Below are positions 9,947 to 19,611 of a stretch of DNA of 64,000 nt, piece by piece. The translations under genes and the position numbers were made by a program. The notes beneath the pieces are model-generated. The model was not told the DNA's origin. It was given only the letters and a program-made list of their open reading frames with translations, and ran no database searches. Location: IMG/VR virus record IMGVR_UViG_3300032265_002598, positions 1-64,000 of that record, one strand, 5' to 3'. The stretch is from a virus (Duplodnaviria > Caudoviricetes). Each line of letters begins with the position of its first letter. Position 1 is the stretch's first letter.

Positions 9947-10353
9947 TTTAATACATTCATAGGATGTTGATTTCTAAATTGAGGAGTTGAACTAATATAG
10001 CCAGCAGCCATATGAATCATAGTATTTTGATTAGCTATGATACTCTCTAGTTCTTTAATTCTATCTTTTTGAGATTCACTAGATTTGTATGCTGATTCTA
10101 GTTGTATCCTTTTATCTTTAACTTCATTTTGTAATGGAGTAATTCGTGTTTCCCATAGTTCATCAATATCTTTGTGCTTTTTTTCTTCTGTCTCTGCAAG
10201 TTTTTGTTCTAGTTCTTTATAGCTTTTATTAGGAGGATTAATTCTTGATGTACATTTTTCATATTCTTCTTGTTGGTTCCTAAGAGCAGTAATAGTTTGT
10301 CTTAGTTCAAGATTCTTCTGTAGTAATTCATCATAGCTTAGTTGTTTACTCAT
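9919..10353 (-). CDS. coiled-coil hypothetical protein
   Basis: N-terminus shared with 12099..12335. Confidence 0.7.
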   Translation of the reverse strand: MSKQLSYDELLQKNLELRQTITALRNQQEEYEKCTSRINPPNKSYKELEQKLAETEEKKHKDIDELWETRITPLQNEVKDKRIQLESAYKSSESQKDRIKELESIIANQNTMIHMAAGYISSTPQFRNQHPMNVLKWLRGIIIQ

Positions 10354-10558
10354 GAGTCACCACAATCTTTACTCCATCAAATTCATGACGATCATAGCTA
10401 TCACTAGGATATTGACTTGGTATTTGTTTTCTTGCTATTTTCCATGTAATATGTTTATCTTTTCCACTAACATTGTATGTTCTGTCAAGATATTCTAACA
10501 AAATAGCAGAAATATCTTCTACCGACAATTCGATCTCTTTCTTATTTTGAATTTTCAT
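10346..10558 (-). CDS. hypothetical protein
   Basis: Packed ORF. Confidence 0.65.
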   Translation of the reverse strand: MKIQNKKEIELSVEDISAILLEYLDRTYNVSGKDKHITWKIARKQIPSQYPSDSYDRHEFDGVKIVVTHE

Positions 10559-11043
10559 TATTTATCCTTTATTCTTTCTAATAGATTACGGAGGATGGTG
10601 GCTCTTTTTTGCCACAATTGAATCTGATCTGGAGAGGTTTCGTTTGCCGCTTGCAGAATTGCATCCATTTCCGCCCAATCAATCGCCTCAATTTCTTTAT
10701 CGGTAAGGTTGGGTGAACGATAAAGAGGAACAATATCACCACCAGCACAAATATCACGATGAGCAACCGCTTTATCATATGATGCGAAAACAAAATAAGA
10801 ATCGGGTTGCATGACCGCCCATGCAATAGGTTCATTTTCTTTAGTCATTAGTTTAGCGTCATGATCTGACAGTATCTCTCTGACGGTAATAGCTGACTTT
10901 TCCTCAAGCGTCAACCCGTCTGGGGCTAAATGGTCAAATGCACATTCTCCGTTAAATCCTTCACAAGTGAAGCTAAAGCCCTCGTAAAATGCCCTCGTCA
11001 GCATTGATGCCACTTCTTCATCCGTTAGAATTATAGGTTTCAT
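10558..11043 (-). CDS. hypothetical protein with C-terminal LTDxExEAI module
   Basis: EPIAWAV and LTDKEIEAI...LRNLLERIK motifs. Confidence 0.7.
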   Translation of the reverse strand: MKPIILTDEEVASMLTRAFYEGFSFTCEGFNGECAFDHLAPDGLTLEEKSAITVREILSDHDAKLMTKENEPIAWAVMQPDSYFVFASYDKAVAHRDICAGGDIVPLYRSPNLTDKEIEAIDWAEMDAILQAANETSPDQIQLWQKRATILRNLLERIKDK

Positions 11044-11228
11044 AATAGCTCATGTTCTTTAAGGGTTTGATATAGATTTTTTACTTCTTTTTCGTCCAGA
11101 CGTAGTTCGCTGGGATCAGTATTATTATATGAGAAAACCCTGACCAAGTAAGGTTTATTCTTCAAAAGCTCATTATAATGAATCTCGATAGTATCATATT
11201 CAAGATTCAGAGTTCTTAGCAGAGTCAT
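11040..11228 (-). CDS. hypothetical protein
   Basis: Packed ORF; similar to 13036..13305. Confidence 0.65.
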   Translation of the reverse strand: MTLLRTLNLEYDTIEIHYNELLKNKPYLVRVFSYNNTDPSELRLDEKEVKNLYQTLKEHELL

Positions 11229-11400
11229 TAGTTATCTCAATCATCTTTGGATAATCGCCATCCCACACATTAATATAGCATTTTGAATCTTTAGAAAAAC
11301 TCATAGCAGTAGCACCCCAATTATCTCTAATCTTGGATATGCAAGCTATACAATATCCTTCTTTAAGATGTTCACAGTTTCCTTTATATGGTATGCTCAT
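11200..11400 (-). CDS. hypothetical protein
   Basis: CxH...CxxC motif. Confidence 0.55.
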   Translation of the reverse strand: MSIPYKGNCEHLKEGYCIACISKIRDNWGATAMSFSKDSKCYINVWDGDYPKMIEITNDSAKNSES

Positions 11401-11403
11401 TTT

Positions 11404-11685
11404 TCAAGACCTTATTTTAGAAATTCCCCATAAATGTTGATACATTTCTTCAATTACATGAGCAGCAACATTATTGATACTATCTTTAGGATTGTATAGA
11501 TTTTTAATTAGTAAATGAAATAGGTGTTTATCGATTGGATTTAATTGAATCAATAATGATCCATTCTTCATCTTATTAAAATGAAAATCCCTATATTCTG
11601 CATAAATGTACTGGATAACTTTAAAGTGGTAAGCCTTATATTCAGATTTAGTCATTAAAATAAATCCCCATATCCATTCCACCAA
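11404..11685 (-). CDS. hypothetical protein
   Basis: ORF; start probably at MTKSE. Confidence 0.55.
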   Translation of the reverse strand: MVEWIWGFILMTKSEYKAYHFKVIQYIYAEYRDFHFNKMKNGSLLIQLNPIDKHLFHLLIKNLYNPKDSINNVAAHVIEEMYQHLWGISKIRS

Positions 11686-12098
11686 TCATAAATTCGTATA
11701 CAAGCCATATATCCTAGTATACCAAACAATACAAGTCCAGCCATTATTTATTCTCCACATACCATTTCTCAACAAATACTACACTATCCAAATATCTTGT
11801 CAACTTAATAATATCCGCACTAAGTTCATTATCGCCCACACTATTTTTCTCAAGACTTTCCAAAGCCTTAAATAGAATATTAATCTGTTTAGTTGTCAAA
11901 TCCAAGTTTAATCTAGTCATTAGTTATTCTCCATAGTTGTCCAGTAAGTATAAATCCAATTAGCCTCTTTATTAGTACAACATGACCACAATATTTTAAA
12001 TTGATGAGGACTAACTTCCCTCACAATATCTTTCCCATCAACACTTTCATTACCTTGAGGCTTTCCCAAAAGGTCTGTCCAAGTTTTTTGAATTATCA

Positions 12099-12335
12099 TT
12101 ATTTATCCTTTGTTTTTTCAAGTAGATTGAGGAGTGTGTCACGATGTATCCCGTCGTGAAAATTTGCGTACCACTCAATCGCCTCCCTCTCCTCGTCGGT
12201 TAGGGCTGGCTTTGATTCGTTGATAGTTGTAGCAAATTTACTAAGTTCTTTGTAATATTTTCTCAATTCTTCAATAGATTGTCTTAGTTCAAGATTTTCC
12301 TGTAGTAATTCTTCATATGTTAGTTTTTTAGTCAT
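12099..12335 (-). CDS. chimeric hypothetical (coiled-coil N-module + LTDxExEAI C-module)
   Basis: N-terminus like 9919..10353, C-terminus like 10558..11043. Confidence 0.7.
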   Translation of the reverse strand: MTKKLTYEELLQENLELRQSIEELRKYYKELSKFATTINESKPALTDEEREAIEWYANFHDGIHRDTLLNLLEKTKDK

Positions 12336-12574
12336 TATTTATACTTTATTCTTTCTAATAGATTACGGAGAGTCTCTGCTCTTTTTATACCTGTCCACTG
12401 CTCCACACACCACTCAATCGCCTCAATTTCTTTATCCGTAAGTTTCAAACTCTTAATCTCTGCATTTTTAGATAAAGAAGGCGGCTGACCACTTGGCATT
12501 TCACGATAAGAATCTGTAGTTCGGATGTTTGCCAGAGTGTCACCCTCTGTTACGGCGTATTTTTTATTCATCAT
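12335..12574 (-). CDS. hypothetical protein with LTDxExEAI module
   Basis: LTDKEIEAIEWC...TLRNLLERIK. Confidence 0.7.
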   Translation of the reverse strand: MMNKKYAVTEGDTLANIRTTDSYREMPSGQPPSLSKNAEIKSLKLTDKEIEAIEWCVEQWTGIKRAETLRNLLERIKYK

Positions 12575-12833
12575 TATCCTTTGTTTCTTTTCTTTCTCCG
12601 GTTGGAATCCATCTTGAATTTATCTGAGAATCTGCCCACTCAAACCATTGTTGTGGAGTAAAATTATAGTAATCATCTGGTCGTCCTGCTGGAGATAGTT
12701 TTTCTCCAATTTTCATAGCAACATTACGCCATTCATCAATTTCTACTATATCTCCCATAATAGGAATCGTACCCTCATTATATTTTCGGAGTCTTTTGAT
12801 AAATTCTTGACCAACATTAAGAGGTTCAGTCAT
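12564..12833 (-). CDS. hypothetical protein
   Basis: Packed ORF. Confidence 0.65.
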   Translation of the reverse strand: MTEPLNVGQEFIKRLRKYNEGTIPIMGDIVEIDEWRNVAMKIGEKLSPAGRPDDYYNFTPQQWFEWADSQINSRWIPTGERKETKDNDE

Positions 12834-13036
12834 TTCTTTTCTCCTTCAAACTGTGATTCATCAATAAAACTATTGATAAAATTAGCAAGACCCTTAAGCT
12901 CTTCTTTTGTAAACTTAAATTTCATCCATTCCCAACTGATAACATTGTTTATGGTCAAATTAAAAATAGACCCAAACTTCTCCATTTCAAAATTAAAAAC
13001 ATCAGCTTTATAGGAATCCTTAGTCACAATACTCAT
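12830..13036 (-). CDS. hypothetical protein
   Basis: C-terminal ELKGLANFI shared with neighbour. Confidence 0.65.
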   Translation of the reverse strand: MSIVTKDSYKADVFNFEMEKFGSIFNLTINNVISWEWMKFKFTKEELKGLANFINSFIDESQFEGEKK

Positions 13037-13305
13037 TATTCATCTCCCTCAAAAAGTTCCACATAGTTGTTACCATTAGTGTCATCCAAAAACTCATTAA
13101 TAAAATCGGCTAACATCTTTAGTTCATCTCTTCTTAATACTGTCTCATATTTCTGATAAATATCATTCTTAATCCTGAGCATATAGTTACGCTTTGACAG
13201 GTTAGGATTGTACAATAATTCGACCAAATCTATTGTCAAATTAAGATATTCTGATTTCATTTGATTTGTTTTCCATTTGTTTAATGGATTGGGTTCATTT
13301 CCCAC
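13036..13305 (-). CDS. hypothetical protein
   Basis: C-terminal ELKMLADFI. Confidence 0.65.
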   Translation of the reverse strand: MGNEPNPLNKWKTNQMKSEYLNLTIDLVELLYNPNLSKRNYMLRIKNDIYQKYETVLRRDELKMLADFINEFLDDTNGNNYVELFEGDE

Positions 13306-13480
13306 TAAAGACTATTTGATTGTTATCTTTTTGGGCCTTGATCCCAATAATATGTCGTAACATAATGTGGGCATTATTAACTTCAAAGCCGGGTTTATCC
13401 CTTTTTTGGTCAATATAATAGTGGATTATAGAAGCTAAAAGCTCTAGTTCCTTGTTGGTCAATTGAATCTGTTTATACAT
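13295..13480 (-). CDS. hypothetical protein
   Basis: First ORF after promoter at 13524-13552. Confidence 0.7.
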   Translation of the reverse strand: MYKQIQLTNKELELLASIIHYYIDQKRDKPGFEVNNAHIMLRHIIGIKAQKDNNQIVFSGK

Positions 13481-13523
13481 CTTTTCAGCCTTAAAATTAA
13501 CTTTTCCTACCCTTATCAGTAAC

Positions 13524-13552
13524 AGTATACCACAGACTCAAACCCTTGTCAA
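13524..13552 (-). promoter_or_regulatory. sigma70-type promoter
   Basis: TTGACA-17 bp-TATACT. Confidence 0.85.
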
Positions 13553-13569
13553 GTATCGACAGGATGGGC

Positions 13570-13598
13570 TTGACAACTTTAGCCAGTTATGCTACAAT
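13570..13598 (+). promoter_or_regulatory. divergent sigma70-type promoter
   Basis: TTGACA-17 bp-TACAAT with TGn extended -10. Confidence 0.65.
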
Positions 13599-13696
13599 TT
13601 CCTTAGTCCTTTAACCCAATTTTCAGCACGGGATAAGCTAATAAGTGAATTAATATTGAATTAGCCATATAATAGACGATATTACCTAACAAAACC

Positions 13697-13888
13697 CTAC
13701 TTTTCAGTAATCTGGGAATCTGTATAGATAATATTGGGGGGATTAAGGGTTGGTGACATAAAAGAAGTTACAAAAAATCGCACAGAAAGCATAGAAACTA
13801 TAGTAACTAGCCCCACAAATACTAGTTCCTTAATAAAAGGGATGTGAAATTCTTCTTTTTTTAAAACTTTACTCATTATAGTCCTCAT
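13697..13888 (-). CDS. small membrane protein
   Basis: Single hydrophobic helix; GAGG RBS. Confidence 0.6.
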   Translation of the reverse strand: MRTIMSKVLKKEEFHIPFIKELVFVGLVTIVSMLSVRFFVTSFMSPTLNPPNIIYTDSQITEK

Positions 13889-14448
13889 ATAAAAAACGCT
13901 CTAAATACCAGATCAAAGCTGATCGAATGATGATGCAGGAGAAAATGATATGTGGGCCATATATAATAAGATTATTATTTTCCACCATAATACCTCATGA
14001 ATCTATAGAGGATTGCTGACAGGATTAAGATTCCTATGAGGGAAATGAATATTCTAGTAGGATCATCATGGATCAATACTGGAACTGGAAACTTAGTCGC
14101 TACGCTTATTAGAATCTGATTGATTAACATAGCTAGTCCAGTAGTATGATAATAGGGGAATTAAAATTTCCACAAATACAAACAACCCAGCAACAAATCC
14201 CAACACTTCTAATCCATCTTTCATGATCGGAAGTTTTTCTTAATTAGTTCAAGAAAGAAATTTGTTTTAGGAGGAAGTTTAGGTTGTGGGGCCGGGTCAA
14301 TATTTTCTACTGGTTTTTCATCAATAGATTTTTTCCTACTACATTTACCTTTGCAACATTTCTTTTTTGCCATAAAACTCACTGACTGTTTCCATAAATT
14401 CCAAACCCGGAATTTTAGGTGAGACAAAGATATATTATCTCAAGAGTA

Positions 14449-14661
14449 TTATACAACTGGCTGGCTATCAATACAAGTTTTATTTTCTAATTTGGGGATT
14501 AGATTATTATCATCAGTAGGTTTCTTAACATTAATGACTAACAGACAATCAGTTAGGTCTGGACTATTATTCTCTTTTTGGTATTTGGTAATAGACTCTT
14601 GAATCTTGTTACAAATGTATCCACAGTCCATTTGATTCTGTAATTTAATAGTTATTATCAT
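14449..14661 (-). CDS. hypothetical protein
   Basis: 70-aa ORF. Confidence 0.6.
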   Translation of the reverse strand: MIITIKLQNQMDCGYICNKIQESITKYQKENNSPDLTDCLLVINVKKPTDDNNLIPKLENKTCIDSQPVV

Positions 14662-14672
14662 GACTAAATCTC

Positions 14673-14717
14673 GCTGACTGTCCTCATTAATCCGAACCCG
14701 ACTTTATTAGCTGGGAC
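14673..14717 (-). repeat. 45-bp dispersed repeat family B, copy 1 (divergent)
   Basis: GCTGACTG...ATTAGCTGGGAC on + strand; overlaps stop of methyltransferase. Confidence 0.6.
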
Positions 14718-15339
14718 AATTAATTATCTTCCAATGTACTCCGGATGTTTCTAGTCTTTTGTTATTTTCTTTACAGAATTTATCTACTGCTTTTTTAACA
14801 CTAATCCATGAAGCATAATCATCTCCAAAAATTATTCCATTGGGGCTCAGTAATCCAATATAGTTTTGAATATCTAGGTAAACATCTTCTTCATCATGAG
14901 AAGCATCTATGTAAATTAGGTCAGCTGTAATTTTTTGATTTTTAAAATATCTAGATGCAATAGATGATGTGTTAGGAAAAGGCACAATAATATCTTGCAT
15001 ATTTTCATGAACAACATTACTTAAGAACTGATAATATACCTGAGGATATCCATTTTTTTGTAATAGATTTCTTTCTGGGGTTTCTCTAAGATGATCCCAA
15101 AATTCTAATGCTCCTAACCATGTATCAACACAAAAAATCTTACAATTCAATTGTAACTCTCTTATCTTTTTAGCCATAGTAATAGCTGACTGTCCTTTCC
15201 AGCTACCAACTTCTATGATTAATTTGGGTTTTAATTCAGAAATTAATTTTGAAAAGATTTGGGAATCTCCATTCCATCCTTGACAATCATATGGCAATAG
15301 GTCTAAGTTATGATAAATTGTATGATCTATTTTATTCAT
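14707..15339 (-). CDS. class I SAM-dependent methyltransferase (Methyltransf_24-like)
   Basis: IIEVGSWKGQS, CVDTW, LIYIDASH, FGDDY. Confidence 0.88.
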   Translation of the reverse strand: MNKIDHTIYHNLDLLPYDCQGWNGDSQIFSKLISELKPKLIIEVGSWKGQSAITMAKKIRELQLNCKIFCVDTWLGALEFWDHLRETPERNLLQKNGYPQVYYQFLSNVVHENMQDIIVPFPNTSSIASRYFKNQKITADLIYIDASHDEEDVYLDIQNYIGLLSPNGIIFGDDYASWISVKKAVDKFCKENNKRLETSGVHWKIINCPS

Positions 15340-15365
15340 TTTAATTATTTTCTATTACGAGTATA

Positions 15366-15400
15366 AGAAAAAACCCCCAAATTTCTTCAGGGGAGTTTTC
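15366..15400 (-). terminator. intrinsic terminator
   Basis: AAAACTCCCC/GGGGGTTTT hairpin followed by T-run. Confidence 0.7.
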
Positions 15401-15454
15401 CGTGTGATCTATAGTCTGACCAATCTATGATCGTTCAAACTATCAACCAGAATA

Positions 15455-15670
15455 TTAACGAACCACACTACGAACGCGGGCCACAGTCCTTCGACCAACA
15501 TTACGAGTAGCCTCAACAGTTCGGCGTGTTACTGTTACTGGAACTGAAATTAGTTCTCTTGTAACATTGACAGTCCTACTACGAAGTGTACAATTACCAC
15601 TAGCACATTCGCCAGCATAGACCGATGAACCAAATACCATAAGAGCAACAACTAGAATAAACTTCATCAT
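15455..15670 (-). CDS. small secreted Arg/Val-rich protein
   Basis: Start MMKFILVVALMVFGSSVYA after AAGGAG; signal peptide. Confidence 0.7.
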   Translation of the reverse strand: MMKFILVVALMVFGSSVYAGECASGNCTLRSRTVNVTRELISVPVTVTRRTVEATRNVGRRTVARVRSVVR

Positions 15671-15793
15671 AATAAAATATCTCCTTGGGAAAGTGATGTC
15701 GCTTCCGTGCGACTGTTGATGTTCTATAATAGGCATCGGAGATATACGGTCAAGTTTATTTTTCTTAATCAATCCTACTGACTCCACAATGTC

Positions 15794-15838
15794 GCTGACT
15801 ATTACCACTAAAACCAAATCCGGGAGATTAGCTGGGAC
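15794..15838 (-). repeat. 45-bp repeat family B, copy 2
   Basis: gctgactattaccactaaaaccaaatccgggagattagctgggac. Confidence 0.8.
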
Positions 15839-15986
15839 TAACCTCACCGGATTAAGTTAACATCAAATTACTATTTGATTGATGGAGGAGAACAATGACA
15901 TGAGTAATAGTATAATGATACTAATGCTATCAGTGCTATAACTCCACCAAGACCCCAATACAATAATTGATAATTCATAAATCACC

Positions 15987-16238
15987 TCATTGGTTAATTG
16001 TAAAAGTTTCTGTATCTGCTTTATCAGTCTTACTGATTTTATTCTTTCGCACTATTTTAGTAATGCGCCCACGACTATCATCATGAGATGATTCTAAAAA
16101 ACATTTATCCTCATGATTGTCATGAAATCCTTTGAATCTCCAATCGTAAGTTCTTAAGATATCTTCTGGAGATGTAGAGTTGTCGTAAATTTCACCCTCT
16201 ACCTCAAAAGAAATTATTCTATGGAATTTTTTAGGCAT
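15987..16238 (-). CDS. hypothetical protein
   Basis: Start MPKKF after AAGGAG. Confidence 0.7.
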   Translation of the reverse strand: MPKKFHRIISFEVEGEIYDNSTSPEDILRTYDWRFKGFHDNHEDKCFLESSHDDSRGRITKIVRKNKISKTDKADTETFTINQ

Positions 16239-16497
16239 GATAATGCTCCTCTTCTGTGAGAGTAGCAGGCCCATTAAAATCTTCCCAATTTTCCACCAAT
16301 ACTTCTGGTGCTTCTTTTCGTATCTCTGCTTCTAAGGCATAATTAGATTCTTTATCTTTTTCATGTTCAAGATAGTCCCTTAATCTATCTTTAATTTGCA
16401 TGAAATCTAATTCACCCAGAATCTGATCAATATACTTCCTTTGAACTTCCTTACGATTAATCTCACTAACATATCTAGTACGCATAGTACACCTCAT
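16231..16497 (-). CDS. hypothetical protein
   Basis: Similar to 17361..17567 (NRxE..xY..xLD..DF). Confidence 0.7.
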   Translation of the reverse strand: MRCTMRTRYVSEINRKEVQRKYIDQILGELDFMQIKDRLRDYLEHEKDKESNYALEAEIRKEAPEVLVENWEDFNGPATLTEEEHYHA

Positions 16498-17360
16498 GGT
16501 TAAAAGTTAAAAACACTTTTTTGCCCATGAATCCGTTAATCCCGCATTTGTCTCACCAACTGCTTGACTATTGGCTCCGTTGACTAGTGTATTATACCAG
16601 AGAGGAGTGGTGGAAACAATTGTTATTTATTAACTGACTCCCTTAAAGTTGCTGACTAGTCCTTAACGAATTCAGCCCAATCAATAATAACTTCTTTTCT
16701 TTTGATAGTAATTTCTTTCTGTTCTTTATTAAATATCATATCAGAAATAATAGATACTATTCCAATCGATGATACAATAAACAGAAGGCCAATAATAATA
16801 TATCCAGTCTCAAGGTCTGTCATAAAATAGTCTTTAAAAAGTTTTTTTGCTTGACACGTATCCTGATTGTGGATATGTATTATGCAGGGGGAAGTGAATA
16901 AAAGATATAAGAAGTTACAGTAAGGGTTAATACAAATAAGAGATTCTTAGAATCTAGTAACTACCTCCCATGTATCCCTTGACCAGCCCAAGACAAATAC
17001 AGAAAATGAATGCTGATTCAAACATAGATTATTATCCTATAAGAAGAGAAGGTTGACCAGGGCAGCCACAGGCTTAGTATACCATATCGGCTCTGTTGAC
17101 GCAAAGCCTTGAGAACAAACAACTTACAAACCAAACTCACCGGGTTAGTAACTTATTATTTCTCCTGCACAACCCCCTTTAACTTTTTAGTAATAGCATC
17201 AAATGTTTTATGAACTGGCCCCGTAACAGTATAATCTTTCATGTAGGCTTGAATAGCATCTATTAGTTTCCATGCTTCTTGTTTAGTAATATCAATTTCC
17301 ATTAGTTTTTCCCTTCGCTTAGTAGAATAATCATAATAACAGCCAGAACAAGGATTAGCA

Positions 17361-17567
17361 TCAGTTCTCCAGAAGGTCAGGGTAGTAGTCAGTAATCTGT
17401 TCTTCCAACATTTTATTAGTCAACCCACTCTTATTATCCACAAGCATCTGATAAGCAAAAGTATACAGAGTATTAAAGTCCATATCATCCAAAAGCCTAT
17501 GACAATAATCACTGGTAATTTCCTGTCTATTTTTATCAGTCACACACAATTTTTCTCTCTGCATCAT
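17361..17567 (-). CDS. hypothetical protein
   Basis: AGGAG RBS; paralog of 16231..16497. Confidence 0.75.
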   Translation of the reverse strand: MMQREKLCVTDKNRQEITSDYCHRLLDDMDFNTLYTFAYQMLVDNKSGLTNKMLEEQITDYYPDLLEN

Positions 17568-17599
17568 TGTCTCCTATTTTCAAAGGACCACTGATTCTG

Positions 17600-17643
17600 G
17601 CTGACTATCGCCAAGACCGCAAATCTGGAAGATAAGCTGGGAC
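17600..17643 (-). repeat. 45-bp repeat family B, copy 3
   Basis: gctgactatcgccaagaccgcaaatctggaagataagctgggac. Confidence 0.8.
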
Positions 17644-17733
17644 AAATGATAGTTCACAAATATACTCATCATTATCCATCTCTCAATCACTTATGTCATC
17701 CTGACTGTTCATAAGTCAAATATGATCTTGTCG

Positions 17734-17758
17734 TAAGTCGTTACCAGCACACCACTTA
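17734..17758. repeat. family A single 25-bp box
   Basis: TAA-GTCG-TT-N7-CA-CCAC-TTA. Confidence 0.6.
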
Positions 17759-17828
17759 CGTCTCATTGTATCGTCACTTACGTCAAGTGTCTACACCCTA
17801 AGTACGAGATTCTTTGACAAACTTTCCG

Positions 17829-17906
17829 TAAGTCGTTGGTACCAAATAACTTACAAAAATTGCGGCGGGCCGGGTTTTCCCTAAGTGCTTTATTGATAAG
17901 GGTTTA
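17829..17906. repeat. family A bipartite 78-bp element, copy 1
   Basis: Two TAA-N4-TT-N7-AA-N4-TTA boxes 53 bp apart with GC-rich linker. Confidence 0.9.
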
Positions 17907-17925
17907 AGTCAAGTGGTCTAGGTAC

Positions 17926-17963
17926 AAAAAAAAGAACCGCCACCCATTGCTGAGTGGCGGCTC
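17926..17963 (-). terminator. intrinsic terminator after DUF932 gene
   Basis: GAGCCGCCACTCA-GCAA-TGGGTGGCGGTTC-TTTTTTT. Confidence 0.92.
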
Positions 17964-17988
17964 CCAAGTCAACCCCCATTGCGAGGGA

Positions 17989-18939
17989 TTAGAGTGCTTG
18001 AGCGAACTCCATAGCCTTCTCCAACGCTTTCGTGTTGTCGTTGGCGTTGAGTCCGAACCACAGGCTGTCGAGACGGTTATCTTCCGTTCGACCCTTGTTG
18101 TAATTCAGATACTCGTTGTAGCCGTTGTACGCAGCCCACCAAGTTCCACGAACACCCGTCGCACTCTGCTTCGGGCCTTCGACCAGATTCAGAATCTCGT
18201 CCATGATGTTTCTGGTACGAGTCTTGATCTGATCGTCCGGTGTACCGTCAATGTCAAGCATCACCTTGACATACCGACGAACATCGGCCTGATTGAAATT
18301 CTTGGACGCAAGGAATTTGAACTGCTCCGCAGTTGCTTCAAACTCCATGTTGATGTTGTCCATGATATCTCGCACGTTTTCCAGATTGGTCTTGCTGGAA
18401 CGTGTGTGACGAATCCGAATCAGCTTGGAACCACTGCTCTTGCTATGGGCCATTGCCATAGTGTTAGCACACACAACGCGGATCGGCGTATAGCCGACAC
18501 GGATAGCGGTCGTGCCATCGTGCGAGTTGCTGAGAAGAATAAACTTCCCAACCTCGTCACCCTTCACGATCTCGCTATTGTCGCGGTTCAGTTGGGCCAG
18601 CACCCAAACCTTCTGACCGCTGTGGAGCGAACCAGCAGTATGCAATGCACACTCGCCAGCGTCCAGAAACGGCTGGAACCAATCGAACGCTTCGCTGTTT
18701 TGCAGCGGAGTGTATCGTGGGCCGACAACGCCCAGAATACTGTGGTCTGTCTTGCGATAGGTCGCACGGGCCGGAACCGGCTCGCTGTCCACCGTAAACA
18801 AATCCTTCAGACCGACTTCCCAATCCAAACCGGCAGCGGTCATCGCTTCCGAAACCGTGGGAGCCTCGTCGAGCTTGTTGCCCAGACCGTGCCACGGGGT
18901 CGCACCAACAAACATCATCTGTTCAACTGCATGAGCCAT
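17989..18939 (-). CDS. DUF932 domain protein (phage/plasmid-like protein)
   Basis: Start MAHAVEQMMFVGATPWHGLG after AAAGGG; AGSLHSGQKVW, LLSNSHDG, TPIRVVCANT, GTWWAAYN. Confidence 0.92.
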   Translation of the reverse strand: MAHAVEQMMFVGATPWHGLGNKLDEAPTVSEAMTAAGLDWEVGLKDLFTVDSEPVPARATYRKTDHSILGVVGPRYTPLQNSEAFDWFQPFLDAGECALHTAGSLHSGQKVWVLAQLNRDNSEIVKGDEVGKFILLSNSHDGTTAIRVGYTPIRVVCANTMAMAHSKSSGSKLIRIRHTRSSKTNLENVRDIMDNINMEFEATAEQFKFLASKNFNQADVRRYVKVMLDIDGTPDDQIKTRTRNIMDEILNLVEGPKQSATGVRGTWWAAYNGYNEYLNYNKGRTEDNRLDSLWFGLNANDNTKALEKAMEFAQAL

Positions 18940-18982
18940 AATCATCCCTTTCGTGTTACTGTTCAATCGTTCTACTCCACTC

Positions 18983-19011
18983 ATTCTACAGTATGTTATC
19001 GTCACTGTCAA
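18983..19011 (-). promoter_or_regulatory. sigma70-type early promoter
   Basis: TTGACA-GTGACGATAACATACTG-TAGAAT. Confidence 0.88.
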
Positions 19012-19041
19012 GCGAAAACTTTGGAAAAAATTTCCTTGTCG

Positions 19042-19119
19042 CAAGTCGTTGGTGTGTAAGCACTTGCGTCAAACGCGGCCGGCCGACCTTTCCCTAAGTC
19101 TAATCAGGATAAGGGTTTA
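19042..19119. repeat. family A element, copy 2
   Basis: Two 25-bp boxes, 53-bp spacing. Confidence 0.9.
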
Positions 19120-19609
19120 CATAAGGGTTTAGAAGAACTGTCCCGAACTGCTTCTCAAAATATTTAGAATTGGAAGCATTGAAAGCACACTCCTCACCCA
19201 TGTAGAAATATGCACCAATACATTTTGCTCGCGGAGTATCAAAATGAATACTGCCAATAATATGTTTAATTGTATCACCAGAGCAAATCAAATCATCCAC
19301 AATAACATACCGAGATGGAGATACTCCTTCGATATAAAATTGACTATACCGTCTTTCATCCTTACGAACAACGATAATATTCTTATTGAGAATCTCCGCA
19401 ATCTGTGGCACTACCATCAAACCACTTACGCCACAACAAGCAATACTATCAAAATCATTCTCAATCTTACGCAGAGAACAGACAGCCTTGATAATCACAC
19501 CATTCCGATATTTGTGATTTAATACTCGGCTAGTATGAGCAGCCCCTTGAATGATTTTACCATCTGGGGTACGCCGAAAGTCATCAAGCTCTTGCTGGAA
19601 AGCGTTCAT
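19100..19609 (-). CDS. type I phosphoribosyltransferase
   Basis: GVSGL, VVRK, YVIVDDLICSGDT PRPP-binding motif. Confidence 0.88.
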   Translation of the reverse strand: MNAFQQELDDFRRTPDGKIIQGAAHTSRVLNHKYRNGVIIKAVCSLRKIENDFDSIACCGVSGLMVVPQIAEILNKNIIVVRKDERRYSQFYIEGVSPSRYVIVDDLICSGDTIKHIIGSIHFDTPRAKCIGAYFYMGEECAFNASNSKYFEKQFGTVLLNPYVNPYPD

Positions 19610-19611
19610 AA

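Noticed and set aside
17947-19059. 370-aa + strand ORF
   Set aside because: Antisense shadow of the well-supported DUF932 gene; no RBS or recognisable motifs.
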